A DNA stretch of 63,346 bases, filler included, from Kipferlia bialata (lineage: Eukaryota), in assembly GCA_003568945.1 (NCBI GenBank). It is 3 parts of 3 records of this genome, joined end to end, with 100 filler letters (N's around TTAATTAATTAA, not from the genome) between each part and the next. Parts side by side here need not be neighbours in the genome. Positions count along the whole stretch, not along the records: positions 23,442 to 46,769 come from BDIP01000261.1; positions 46,870 to 63,346 come from BDIP01000306.1; 1 more part is not named here. One strand, given 5' to 3'. The notes below the pieces were generated by a model. The model did no database searches and was not told the DNA's origin. It was given only the letters and a program-made list of their open reading frames with translations. The translations under genes and the position numbers were made by a program. Below, piece by piece: positions 37,701 through 51,370 of this stretch; positions within the stretch are counted from its first letter, which is position 1, and each line of letters starts with the position of its first letter.

Positions 37701-38970
37701 TCATATTTCCCGTCATGGCAGTCTAGTGTCTCTTCTTCCCTTGTGTCTGCATGTTTGCGAGGGAAACTATTGAAGAAGTTGTAGTCCTCTCACTCATATA
37801 TGGGCAGCCCTGTCTATCTCTCCCTCTATGTCTATCTAACACTTCAGGCCAGGCTCTCTCAGTGTCTGGGAATGGCCAATAACACATCAGCCATGAGGAC
37901 TCTTGGAGAGGTGTGATCCGCTAATTACTCTGATTATCTACACTCTTGACTCCGTTACCACTCTGTCTTTATATCTCACGGTGTCAGTCTTACATCGCTA
38001 GCCATGCTCACCCCAGCTCACTGAGACCATGCAGGCTCTGTTTGTAGGTCATGTCAGGGACAACATCAGGCTATTCCAGCTCCAAGTCATTAGGGGGAAC
38101 ATGGGAGGTGAGCATTGCATCTAGTTCTCTCACATTAGATGGTGAATATTGTATACTCAATACTGCGTTTTGAAACCGATTATTGGGAACTGTCTGGTGT
38201 TGTCTGACGAATAGCTATGTTCGGGGCCGTCTGTGTTCACGGTCTGTACCGCACAGCCTCCTCCTGTGTATTGGATGTGTCAGTGGTGTTCAACGCCGCC
38301 ATGCCCAGAGATGTACAGAGAGGTACCTCCAAGGCATTCTCACACCTAATGGGACCCGCGGGGAGGAACATGTACGTAGGCTGTGGTGTGCATGGGACTA
38401 CTTGCAATACTACATGTATTGAGAGTCGTATGTATTATATGTTGTATCCGATGCCAGGCAGGTTAGGTGTACCCCCGAGGAGGTTGTACTGTTAGGCAGG
38501 GTGCTGACATACATGGAGAGATACACCCTGGACGCAGAGGTGCACCCAGATATAAGGCGTGTAGTGCCCAAGGTATTGCATAATACTATTTGTTATTAGC
38601 TCTGTTTGTGTATAGTGGAAAAATTGTATATACTAATATACTTGTATATATATGTGTGTGTGTAACCTGGGAGGTGCCAGTGGTAGGTAGAGAGTGATAT
38701 CAGATTATATATATATCTATATATCGTGGTGCCGTAGGTAGAGGGAGGATGGTAGTCTATATATAGTTGTGGGTGGGTGGTGTTAGGATGGCCATGTACT
38801 AATTGCAGGCCGGTCTGAAGTATGTGGTGCGTCTGGGTATCCAGCCTACCCACTGCTCTATGGTGATGACAGACGCCAAGAGTGACAGGAGGGGGGAGAA
38901 GGAGAGCTTCCTAGCCTCAATGGCACACTCCCCGATGGACTGGATGGAGAAGGGAGCCGTCAATTACTAA
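28428..38970 (+). CDS. DUF4470-family protein (SAM-methyltransferase-like N terminus, related to DUF4470/MYND proteins), about 30 exons
   Basis: Spliced motifs [74 protein letters not shown] and CVLDVSV follow the order recalled for DUF4470-MYND proteins. Ends ...KGAVNY* at 38970. Confidence 0.7.
33376..33420 (+). repeat. In-frame 9-bp tandem repeat (TCTAGAGCG-like x5) encoding [15 protein letters not shown]
   Basis: tctagaccg tctagagcg tctagagcg tctagagcg tctagagag, inside an exon just before [10 protein letters not shown]. Confidence 0.9.
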
Positions 38971-39281
38971 TCCATTAGTCCATAGTCTGATTGACTGTAC
39001 TAAGTAGTAGTACTAGTTGGTCACGGGAGAGTACCCTTTCACGATACTCTGTCGCCTATTGCAGTCACAAGGCGTCAATATCTCAACCGATACTGACACT
39101 AAAACTGGTTGGAGTGTGCAAGAGAAACGATTATGGGAGAAGGAGAGATTTTCAGTCAATAGACTACAGGTGTACGAGTGACATAGTGTCTGCCTATATG
39201 TCTATTACTCTTCTTCCCCGATCCCCCTTTCCGTGTAACACGTTCACTTTGTTCATGACATTACTCTCCAGCTTGGATCAC

Positions 39282-42200
39282 TCAATGATCATCACTGGGC
39301 TCTACTGTTGCGACATTGCGGATCTGGAGGTGAATATAGCTATTGATTGATACTATACCGGTGATTATTACCAGTATAGATACTACACCGGCTGCATATC
39401 TATTAGGGGACGAATGACTAATAACATACGGAGTGAATGCATTCCTATACTCCTCCACGCAACACCGTTAGCTCCGATGCCTTGTCCATGATACTGCTGT
39501 TCATGTATACATTTGTAGGTTCTAACATACGTCTAGGTGCATTGTTGTTGTCTGTATAACTTTGAGCTCTGCTGCCCTGTCCATAGTACTGTATACAGTA
39601 ACGTATATACATATTCATATGTACGTGACCTACACTTGCTGTATGTAACACTCTGTGTTACTGTATACTGTACCTTGAGCTCTGCTGCCTTGTCCATGAT
39701 ATCCTTGAACAGAGGGGTGGACAGGTACCTGGGAGTAAGGATGTATATATACTATGTAATACATAGGGAGAGAGAAGAAGCGGTGGAGAGGAACCTAACA
39801 GTAAGGGGGAAGCGATGGTATAGAGAGAGAACATGAGGGACTATAGGCGATGGAGTCATTGAACAGAGGGGTGGACAGGTACCTGGGAGCGAAACTGTAG
39901 TTGATGACGTTCTATAACAGAGGAGTGGACAGGTAGAGATAAATGAATGTGGAATAAATATATATAGAATTAGTATATATGGAATATATATATATGGAAT
40001 ATAAATATGGAATATACTAAGACTAAGATTGAAGGATATAGAATCAACCGTACCTCTCCCCCGTGTCACACACCACAGTCACCACTGCCTTGCCATGGGC
40101 CCTGGGGGTCAGAGTCTCTCTCTCTCTGAACGCCAAATGTCAAAAGGTCACTCTGTATATCCAAATACCTAAAGTCTGGTCTCTTGGCTTTCTCTCTCTC
40201 TCTTAACCTTGCATACCTCACTGTATGCATAGTATATATAGAAATATACCACTCTATGCCTGAAGTCCGGTCTCTTTGCTACTTGTATGGCAGCCCACAC
40301 ATTGGCCCCAGCAGACATCCCACAGAAGACACCCTCCTCCTTGGCCAGCCTGGGGTTAGTGTATACTATATACACTGTATATACAGCTATACAATTACAA
40401 CATATGAACATGTTAGTACGTGACAACATCTGGAAACCACCTCCTACTTAGCTAGCCTGAGGAGGGTGAGGATGGTATTATTTGGCATCTATAGTGTATA
40501 GTATACACCCATGCTCTCTCAAGATTCGTTTTCAATAGGGCACAATATACCTGCTAGCCGTCTCCAATGCATCCTCGTACGTGACTGTCATGACCTCATC
40601 ATACACAGACACATCTAGGACACCAGGCACAAACCCTGCACCAATACCCTGGATGGAGGGACCGCCTGGGGCATAAGGGGATAAACTTACGCGGTTGAGA
40701 GTATATGTGGTACACTACGCGTGTACTCCGTGTACCTGGCCCCTTGTTCCCTGTCGAGAGAACTGGAGTGGACAGTGGCTCTACTGCAACCACTCGCACC
40801 TTAGGGTTAGATATGGAGGCAGAAGAGACTACGTGATTACCGTATGTACTGTATTTGACCCATACGGAATCACTATATAGAGATACAGTTTGGCGCCCCG
40901 TCCATCGAGGACAAACTCAGAAGGTGTCATAAATGCAACTGTGCAGTCCATCATCCTCACCTCTCTGTCCATGCCTAGGTCTCTCAGGTGCTGCCCCACT
41001 CCTGTGATAGTGCCGCCAGTGCCTACTCCCTAGGGGGTTAGAGGGAGTACGCAGAGTACGGATTCTATACATAGTGTATATATAGGGATATCACTAGTCA
41101 ATAGCATTCTGTATAGGAGAAGAGTAATGAATAATGGTGCCGCCAGTGCCTACTCCCTAGGGGGTTAGAGGGAGGGTCCTAAGGACACTGTCCCTCTATA
41201 TATGCTCAATTCTATTAGACAGACACATTGTTTAGTGTCTTGTGAACACCGGTACATACCGTATACTCATATATACTACAATACGTTCTACTACTACATA
41301 CCGCCACAAATGCCCCCAGCTTGAGCCCACTCCTAGCCAGAGTACTAGTGATCTCAGGGCCTAGTATGAGTATGAAGAAGAGCTATGCTACTGTACGTGT
41401 CACTCCATACAGTCGTGTCTCTATAATATGTCATCGCGCCTCCAGTATGTATAAAAGAATATTTGTGTGTGGTCTGAACATCAAATAGCCAACAAGAGAA
41501 ATTAGGACTTGGATGAGAGGTGTACATTTACTATGGATGGAATACCTGTGTGCTCTCTGTGTGCCACAAATACATACAGCAATCCCAATACAGAAATCAA
41601 TATGCTGTATGCTAATCGTATCATGTATAATTGGTAATAGCATTTGCTATACAATATATAGAATATATAGTATATATTGTGTACACATGTATAGAATATA
41701 CCTGTGTGCTGTCTGTGTGCCACGGGGTTAGCCTTGTTGATGAACTGGGGGTTAGAGAATAGGGTGAGATAGACATCATGAACAACCGTGTAGAATCTCT
41801 ACTGCTGTTAGTCCCGTCTGGTAGTATAATGTGGAGACCGTGTCGGTATCACTGCATAGACAATATCAATGGTCATATATTGAGAGAACACACCTGGTTA
41901 ATCATGAGGCATCTGGAATAGTCCTCCACTAACATACACACATATATATATACATATAGTAATGTAAGTACATAGTGATAGTAGTGCGTGGTTGATCATG
42001 AGGCATCTGGGGTAGTCATCCAGTAACAGTGGTATATAATCATCTGCTACTATTCTTTGGGAGTAGCGGTGCATACTATTTGATAGCATATATAATTGTG
42101 TATATAGTAGTGTATATTATAGTAGTATATGCATGGTACCTGGTTGATCATGAGGCATCTGGGGTTGGCGTCACAGATGGCATTGACCAAGGATAGACAG

Positions 42201-43755
42201 CCAGACATGCCAAGGTCCTAGTGGTTATGAAGTAGATAGATAGTGATATAGACAATGAGAGAGAGAGATAGAGAGAGATGGCATTGACCAGAGAGAGACA
42301 GCCTGACATGCCTAGGTCCTAGGCGGGTGAGACATAGTTGAATAGCACGTAGTCAATAAGCATCTATGTACAATATATGTTAGTATACATACTACTATAT
42401 ACTACTATATGATGTCATACCGCAAATGAGAGTACCACCTCTATACCGAGTGAGGGCACGTCTCTCTCTCCTATAATTATGGTAGTATATATGAACTCAC
42501 ACTTACCGCTGGAGATAGTACCACCTCTGCCCCCAGTATCATCATGAGGGCACGTCTCTCCACACTCATGCTGGCAGGCATCACAGCCACAAACTAGTGG
42601 TTAGAAATGGACTACTCTACTACAATATACAACCGTAGCAAGGTCTATTTTTAACACCAATACTCTATACGTAGTCTCTTAGCAACACACATTGAATGTG
42701 TGACACATTCATAGTCATTTATATATCAATCAATCAATCAAGGGGAGTCATGAAGGGGATAGTGTCTCAACTTGTAGTCCCTTGCGGCACAGACCAAATA
42801 CACACACACATATATATATATGTGTAGAAAGATATATAGAAAGACATTAGATACATTGAATAGAGTATGAGTCCCCACCTTGTAGTCCCTGGCGGCACAG
42901 ACCATGGCGAGGGCAATGCCTGGAGTTATTAATGGAAGGATGTATAGGTATGTATGGATGTAGAGGTACGATAGAGAGAGAGAGAGCCTGGCGTGAGGCA
43001 TATACTTCAGTAGTCACCATCTACAAATACTATTGAATATATCGTACATACTCATTGCACGCAGACCATGGCCAGCGCAATGCGTGGGGTCACTAAGAGC
43101 TTGTATATGTATGTATTGTATGTAGTATATTCAATGTGTGTACTACATACTATGGAGTGTAGATCCAGGCAGTAAGGCGGACTGTATACAATATACACAA
43201 TACCATATTCTATACATTTACCATATTCTATACATTTACAGTACCTGTGTTTCCAGATGTGGCCTCTATGAAGACAGTCTCCCCAGGGATGGCCAGCCCA
43301 CGGTGCTCCTGGGGTAAGGATATATATATATATATATATACATTATATATTGAGAGAGAGAGAGAGAGAGAGACAGTCTCCCCAGGGATGGCCAGATCTC
43401 GATGCTCCCGGAGTGCATTGGTTGACATACATACATGTATGTATATATATATGTATGGAAAGAGAGATACTTGGGGTGACAGGACCACGATGCTCCTGGT
43501 GTGAGAGGCATGTTCATATACATATATAGAGAGAGAGACACAGAAAACCTGGAGTGACCAGAGCCTACTGTCTCTGTGGATATTATGAATGTGTGTGTGA
43601 AAGTATGCATCTAATAGATACTATCTATCCAGTTGTATAAGTATACACTATTCATACCATGTCGTCGATCATCGACAGTGCTATCCTGTCCTTGACACTG
43701 GAGCAGGGGTTCATGCACTCCATCTTGCCTGGGAGGATAAGAGGGTGTAGAGGAG

Positions 43756-43807
<52 letters not shown>

Positions 43808-44248
43808 GTATTTATGCACTCAACCTTGCCTAGAAGGAAGAGAGCTAGTACATACCCTTTTCAATATGTATAGGTATATACATATATGAGTATTCGGAGA
43901 CATGAGATTCAGGGTCCATACACTCCAGCGTCGGAGGATAATAAGGGATATAGAAGAGAAAGAGAGAATATCGGGTTCACGCACTCCATCTTGCCGAGAG
44001 AGGAAAGGATATAGAGGGAGAGAGAGACATAGGGAGATTGACTGGGACGAAGAGGGAGAGGGAGCGAGTAGCACTCACCATAGACTGGCAGACCCCCACT
44101 CACTCTGGACAGATGGACCTAGGTATGAGAAAGAGAGAGAGAGAGAGAGGGAGAGGAGGAGAGAGAGAGAGAGAGAGAGAAGAGAGGAGAGATACCCCCA
44201 CTCAGTAGTGTGAAACTGCTAGATGGACCTAGGGATAAGAGAGGGAGA

Positions 44249-44282
<34 letters not shown>

Positions 44283-44335
44283 CGCACCATTGGTGTGTTC
44301 CCAATGACCCCAGTCACATTGGGTGCAACCTCCAT
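39282..44335 (-). CDS. cysK: Cysteine synthase (O-acetylserine sulfhydrylase, CysK-type, PLP-dependent), about 16 exons
   Basis: [22 protein letters not shown]...[17 protein letters not shown] (PLP lysine), [93 protein letters not shown]. The last exon and stop are uncertain. Confidence 0.93.
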
Positions 44336-44874
44336 ATCTGGTACAGACTCAGGGTGCGACTCTATATATGTCTCAGTAGCCTAGCCTAGCTATAACAGCG
44401 GGGAACAGTGTAGTCTCTTTGAGCCTCTCTCCTTTGTCGTGTAGTAAGAGCCTCTCTACTAAGACCCGATGCAAGTTAACCTGTACAGCACAATGAAGAG
44501 TGGTTGCTGTGAAGAGCAGTATGATATGGGGTGGGCAGGAGCAGGAACCCATACTGTAGATCGGTGTCGAAACTGTAGTGAGGAATCGGTGACGAGATCA
44601 GAGCAACTGTAGACTATGCACCAGGGGCACACAGACTCTAAGTGATAGTAGGGGGGATACAAATATCATTAATATACTACTAGGCCTAGTAGTACACTCT
44701 TAACAAACCACAAAAGAGTTCAGAACCTCAGTTCATAATCTATTGAAAAGCACAGTGACTCATCAGAGCCACCACCACTCTCGTCTTATATATATAATCA
44801 TATTTGGTACCGCCACCAATCTACACAAACGTCTTCCACTATAGGCGATGCAATCCTTGTATCCTGTTGGGGAA

Positions 44875-44953
44875 TCAAGAGACTGCGATCCTCACATGTA
44901 CATGTACAAGCAAAGGTATGAGTACAAGTGCATGTCGGTGGAATGGAAGAGGG

Positions 44954-44997
<44 letters not shown>

Positions 44998-45600
44998 CAG
45001 TCTGCGCGACAATGGCTCTTTAACTCCCTGAGGTTAGCAGGAGAGGACATAACCTTAATTATCCTCCTCTATATACATGCATACACCTTACACCATGTCA
45101 ATATGATAAGGACACTATGCAATACATATATATACACATGTATATACACACCTTACACCATGTTGTTGGGTGTGTCTCCCTTGGCGTTGTTGGGTGTGTC
45201 CTTCACAGGAGAGGAGGGCTCAGTCACAAGGTCCTAAGGGGTCAATGGAGGTCAAGACAAGTCAATGATTAATACTACACGATTGTGCAACATTTCTACA
45301 CGATATACCTGTATCTGCAGGATGGCTGTGACTGCCTCCAGATCAACAGGGTATACAATNNNNNNNNNNNNNNNNNNNNNNNNNNNNNNNNNNNNNNNNN
45401 NNNNNNNNNNNNNNNNNNNNNNNNNNNNNNNNNNNNNNTACTATGTATGTATCTATAGGTATATATACATACCTGTATCTGCAGGATGGCTGTCACTGCC
45501 TCCAGATCCACAGGGTGCGTGACATCGGGGACTGGCTTGGCCTGGGTCACATCGGCCTAGGGGGGAGAGGGTATACGCATATAGATAGTTAGGGAGAGAG

Positions 45601-45641
<41 letters not shown>

Positions 45642-46756
45642 GCTTGGCCTGGGTCACATCGGCCTAGGGGTGGATATACATAGAACAAACATCCATACAC
45701 ACAGAGAGAGTGAGAGAGAGAAAGAACACCAGGATTAAGAACACGACTCTCATACCTCGTTCATCTCGCTGTCGACGTCGTCGTTGGCACTGGGGGTGAG
45801 GATGGATGGGGAGGATATACACATACATATGTATATCTATATATACATATATAGTGAGGATTGATGGGGGAGAAGGGTGTTTGAGAGTACAAATTACACC
45901 GTACATGATAAGTACAAACCATAATGATATGTGATGTAGGTAATACATGAAGTATCTATCAAAATATGTACGTACTCCCCCTGGTACTCCTCCTCGGTCT
46001 GATATACTCAATATGCTCTCTCTACACTCTCTCTATACTCTCTCTCTCTCTACATATATATCTATACACTTATATAAATATACGTACTCTCCCTGGTACT
46101 CCTCCTCGGTCTGGTACTCCTCCTCAGAGGGGGTGGCGCTGGGGTGAGAGAGGGATACACATATATATCCACATATATATAGGATATATAGATACATAGA
46201 GGGGGTGACACAGAGGGTGGGAGGGAGAGAGAGCAAAGATGCAGAAGCAAGAGTACCTAGGCACTCTAGACATGACTGTGGTGTCATGTATATATATGTA
46301 CATACAATATATATATATATAATATGATATATATGATATATATCAATATACTACACACTGTACCTGGGCACCCTCGACACCACCCGTGACATGACTGTGG
46401 TGTCCTGGTGGACAGTCCTGGCAATGCGCTGGGCAAAGTAGAAGATACGCCTGATGTATAAGAGAGAGAGAGAGAGAGTCCTGGCAATGCGCCTGATATT
46501 AGATATATATATGGGAAGAAATAGAAAGGCAGGCCATACTATGAATAGCATATACATACATATATATATATATAGCATAAGAGACGATGGGAGATAGAAG
46601 GAAAGAAAGGCATCAAATATTCACAATATGCACACATATACTGTATATCCGTACTTGTAGAGCTCGATGATGTCGGACTCGATGCGGTACACCTCCAGTC
46701 TCATGGACTCTGTGGAGATGTTGACAAGGCGCTCACGCTTGATGATGGTGCGGCGC
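44875..46756 (-). CDS. 3' end of a Na+/Pi cotransporter-like protein (PhoU-like C-terminal domain) with an acidic tail; 5' part beyond scaffold end
   Basis: Exons ~46655-46756 and ~46364-46451 give RRTIIKRERLVNISTESMRLEVYRIESDIIELYKRIFYFAQRIARTV. This resembles the C terminus recalled for bacterial Na/Pi cotransporters (Y.iE.DIIE..KRIyYFA.R.A). The stop position is uncertain. Confidence 0.55.
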
Positions 46757-46769
46757 CTGGAGGGTAAGA

Positions 46770-46869
46770 NNNNNNNNNNNNNNNNNNNNNNNNNNNNNNN
46801 NNNNNNNNNNNNNTTAATTAATTAANNNNNNNNNNNNNNNNNNNNNNNNNNNNNNNNNNNNNNNNNNNN
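46770..46869. other. Artificial scaffold linker (N44-TTAATTAATTAA-N44)
   Basis: Same 100-nt structure as 23342-23441; stop cassette at 46814-46825. Confidence 0.95.
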
Positions 46870-46939
46870 TATGCATATATATATATTGAGAGCATATACT
46901 ACAATACCCGTCCCCCCCCCCCCACCCCTCACCCCCCAG

Positions 46940-47113
46940 GCCAAGGAGGAGCCTATCCCCGAGGAGGTTGCCCCCGAGGCAGAGCTGGAGCCTGAGGTAG
47001 AGACCGTCCTTGAGGTTGCCGAGCTTGACAATGCCGCTGCCCCCGTTGAGATGGACGAGGACGACTACTGTGACGACCTGGAGCCTGTCTCCCAGTCCCT
47101 CTCCCGCCTCTAG
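46940..47113 (+). CDS. Terminal exon of an acidic hypothetical protein
   Basis: ctcaccccccag acceptor, then AKEEPIPEEVAPEAELEPEVETV...SQSLSRL*. Confidence 0.55.
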   Translation, partial: AKEEPIPEEVAPEAELEPEVETVLEVAELDNAAAPVEMDEDDYCDDLEPVSQSLSRL

Positions 47114-47430
47114 GCACTCTAGGCACATGGGAGACTAACACACTCCTATAGTAGTATAGGGGTGTGGCACTGTGTATGATATCTATTTGTGTACAACTCT
47201 AACTCTGGTCTCATCTGACCACTCTCTCTCTATGCATGAACCGGGTACCCAATCTGTGGGCCATGTAACCAATCAAGAGTAAATGATGTGACTGTTTTGA
47301 GGTTAAGTGGGTAGTGATAATGAGTTATGGTGGGACCAATCTATATATCCCTGACACTGGGTCCCTCCACCTCTTATCTCCAGTATCATTATTAGGGTGC
47401 TGGGCTCTACTACCCTAATGACAGATACAC

Positions 47431-49598
47431 CTATGGTATCACCAGACCATCGGGTCCAGACGTGTAGGTGGGGGACATAGCCTGCAACCTTCAATAGCAC
47501 AAGAGCGCACTCACCGTGTGTGTCTTGGATGTGTCTCTGCCATTGATGATACTAGTTAGGCACAAGCAGGCTACCATATGGCAACGCGCCCAGTCCGTAC
47601 AACCTGGAATATGTCTCGATACACCATGCTAGCGTTGGCCCTTGTGCTCCCACTCTCCCTCCCATATCCACTCATGCACATGGATGTGGTCCATATCTAA
47701 CGGAATGGTGGGTCTCTATGCACTGCCACTGACTATGTTCATGTGTACACGCTCTGGCTAGTGTGGAAGGAGAAGAGTCCCTCTCAGACATGTGCACTCA
47801 AGTCCACTCCAATTCATCTACTCCCAGTCCACAAAGTGCCTAGGGCTGTACCTACAGTGTCAATCAAAGATAGATATGAAGTCATATGCAAATGGATGTG
47901 TATATATGCAAGCGTGCCCATGTCTGGCCCTCCTTATAGCTGAGTCACTGATGAGTGGCAGACACACTGTCATGATTATGCATACATACACCCACCTGCC
48001 CATGTCTGGCACCACCCCCTGTACCACACTCACTGTATGCACTGGCTCCAGACACACCCAGGACAGGAGGGTCTTAATGATAGCGGCACTGTCTGTGGTG
48101 TGTGTGTCCAAGAGAGTGTGTGTGCCCACCGAGACAGGCACTGCACCCCCAGGTAGAGTGTATCGGATGGAGGGTAGACAGTGCCCTACTCCAGAGGGAA
48201 TGGGGCGTAGGACAGAAGGGGTGACCAGGGGGTGCTCTCTAGCACTACTAACACTATCAGTATAGTCCTGCCCCTCTGTGACTAAGGGGGGTACAATGTC
48301 GGTATAGACAAGGCCAGGCATCTCCTGGGGGTCAGGGCCTGTTCATATATATACGGATGATAGACACACTCCTCTACATCCACTAATGAATGCAGGGAGA
48401 TTCACTTGGTATATACACTACATACACCCTCTCTTATCCAGTATATCTGTACCTGGAATGCATTCCCCGTTGCCTTGACACAGGCCTCTGCACATGCCCA
48501 CCCCACACCCAGGGGCACAAGAGGGGTGTCTACTTGATCAACCCCTCTGTCTGGCAGGGGGTAGGCAGAGACACCGGCACCTATCCCTAGCAGTGAGGCA
48601 AGTCAAGCGTATATGTATATATATACTCTATCAGCGTGTGATTGGAGTAGGCGATCATACATATCATTATGGTACTACTATATGTGTAAGTACCTGGCAT
48701 CACCCCCAGCACCCCCTGCACATCCCTGGCATCCAGGGCCAGGGTCACCACATCCACCCCTATGCAGTGGCAGAGGGAGGTGTGGAGGGAGAGAGAGGGA
48801 GAGACAGGGGGTCGATCATTGTCTCTCACTAGCAATGCCACCCCCAGTGTCCCCCCACTGTGGCTGATGGATATGTCTATAGCAGACTGCATGCTGTTGT
48901 CTAGCAGTATACAGGGGCGGCCTGGGGGAAGAGGGGAGTGGGAGGGGGAGAGAGAGAGAGAGACACCATGTTCATCCTATAATGGCATCCTCTAATAATC
49001 GACCACTCATAGATGAATAGATCAATAATATGTGTCACAAGCACAGAAGTACATGTAGAGCCCAAAGGAGAGGAGACCATAATATTGGGGAGAGGGGGGG
49101 AGAGGAGAGAGAGAGAGAGACTAAGGAGAACTAGTGAAGTTCAGAGCACATACAGGTAGAGAGAGCCTTGTGACAGTTTTCACATTTGGACAAATTCATT
49201 GCCACACACCTGTCTCCTCGTGGCCCAGTGTTATGGAGGAGGGAGGGGTGTTGGGGAGAGAGGGAGTGTGGGAGGGGGAGGCTAGGCCACGACCTGTGAG
49301 GACCTGATGCATCAGATGGAGTGTAGAGAATACACCTCCTCTCCCATATGCCCATACCTGTCTAACCATGTGTATGGGCATCTCCTTGTTGAACCTCCTG
49401 GCATTGACTGGGCCTGGAGGGTCAGGGGGTGTTAATAATTATAATTAGTAACCTCTCATATATTCGCAACCCACTACCAGTGCAGAAGGATACGTGCAAG
49501 GTAATCCATTGGGCAAGTTTAACTACCCAGCCACCTATGCCACATCTATACATACCTATGTCCTCGGGGGCAGTTACATAGCACAGATACACAGACAT
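47431..49598 (-). CDS. Multi-exon hypothetical protein
   Basis: MSVYLCYVTAPEDIGPVNARRFNKEMPIHMVRQVLTG... then open GT-AG exons near 48694-48920, 48452-48587 and 47994-48324. The 3' end is uncertain and no family was recognised. Confidence 0.5.
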
Positions 49599-49925
49599 GG
49601 ATGCCTGAAGAGAAGTAGAGGGTGCACCGATATCAATAGATCCCCTTGAGCAGTTGAAACGTCTTCAATGCAGTTGATGCTTCTTTAAGACCTGCCCTCC
49701 TTTCCAGGCTGTTTACTACTACTTGAAGTCGCATTCTTGTTGCTTGGTGGATATGGAAGTGTTGTGAATGTGATGGTATACACATATTGCTCTGCGACTG
49801 ACACCAAAACCCTGTCCTACTGATACACATCTATTCACACCACACCTTCAGGCATATTAATGCTATCATGGTAAGGTCACCTCGTCCCTGACTATACTTG
49901 AATATCTCTCTGTCCACACACTGTC

Positions 49926-51331
49926 TCACTGCTCATCGTGCTGGCTGGACCACCTGTTGAGGTTGTCCCTGGGGGTGAGGAAATATAATAACAAGCAGAG
50001 AGAGAGAGAGGGGGGGGGAGAGAGAGAGAGAGAGAGAGAGAGATGTATGTTGACGTTAGTGTATCCAACCCCACCTGAGCAGCTTCATGAGCAGTGTGCT
50101 GTCTCTGTACGATGCCTCGGACAGGTCGTCAAGGCCTGCGTAAGATGGGGGGGGGGGGTTATATATATACATATCCATATATATATATATATATATATAT
50201 AGTATCCATATACATATACCTGGTATGGCCCCGTCGAATGCGTCCTTGGCCACCTTGCACGCCTTGTCACGGTTGGACAGGATCTCAAAGTAAAACACAC
50301 TGGGGTTAACATAAGGGGATGCAATAGGTATATACAGATGAGTATATGCACACTGGGGTTAATATCTGACAGAGAATATACATAGTATATATATTTAGTG
50401 TAAATAGCCATCTCAAAGTAGAATACACTGCGGCAAGGGCGTGACAGGATATGTTATAGGAACACATAGTAAACTGATACTACACACACTGATACCTGAA
50501 GATGAGCCCCAGCAGAGACTCATATGCTAACATCCACTCGAAGCATTAACGAGACAATATTCAGTATATGATATATACACATTGATACACAACTATACCT
50601 GAAGTTGAGCCCCAGCCCTAGTAGCAGAGGGTGTGTGCCTGATAGGTGTGTCTCAGCTATCTCCGTGGCTGTCTTGTATGCTAGTAGGGCCTGCTCAGCT
50701 GCCATCTTGCGTCTCTCCCCAGACACAATCTCAGCTGGGGGTGGGAGAGAGAGAGCGAGAGAGTCAGTCAGAGCATTTATCTACGTATACATGTATGTGA
50801 GAGAGAGAGAGCGAGAGAGTCAGTCAGAGCATTTATCTACGTATACATGTATGTACCTATGTATCTGAAGTAGTCTGCCTGCATCTTGAAGTAGAACACC
50901 CTGGCCTCAAAGGACACAGCACCGGGGATGAGCACGTCCTGGGGTAAGACGCATGCATAGGAATATATTCAATACTGTGAAAGATTGTATAGACTTGCAG
51001 AGAGATAGGTACCAGGGATCAGGACGTACTGGGTATGAGGGGAGATATACACACATAAAAATATGTATGCAGAGAGGTGAGTACATACACATACATCCTA
51101 GGCGGAAGGGGAAGAGAGAGAGAGAAAAACAAACACCAACACCACCTGCAGCAGTGCCAGTATCAGTTTCAATACCATTTACAATTATATATTTCCAAAA
51201 TGTGCACTTATATATATATATGCCCCACCTGCAGCAGTGCGAGGATGTTAGTGCATGTCTCCTCCAGCTCTCCCTCCACCTTTCGCCGCATGTCAGCCAC
51301 CATTTGGATGCGTCTGGGGTGAGGTATACAC

Positions 51332-51370
<39 letters not shown>

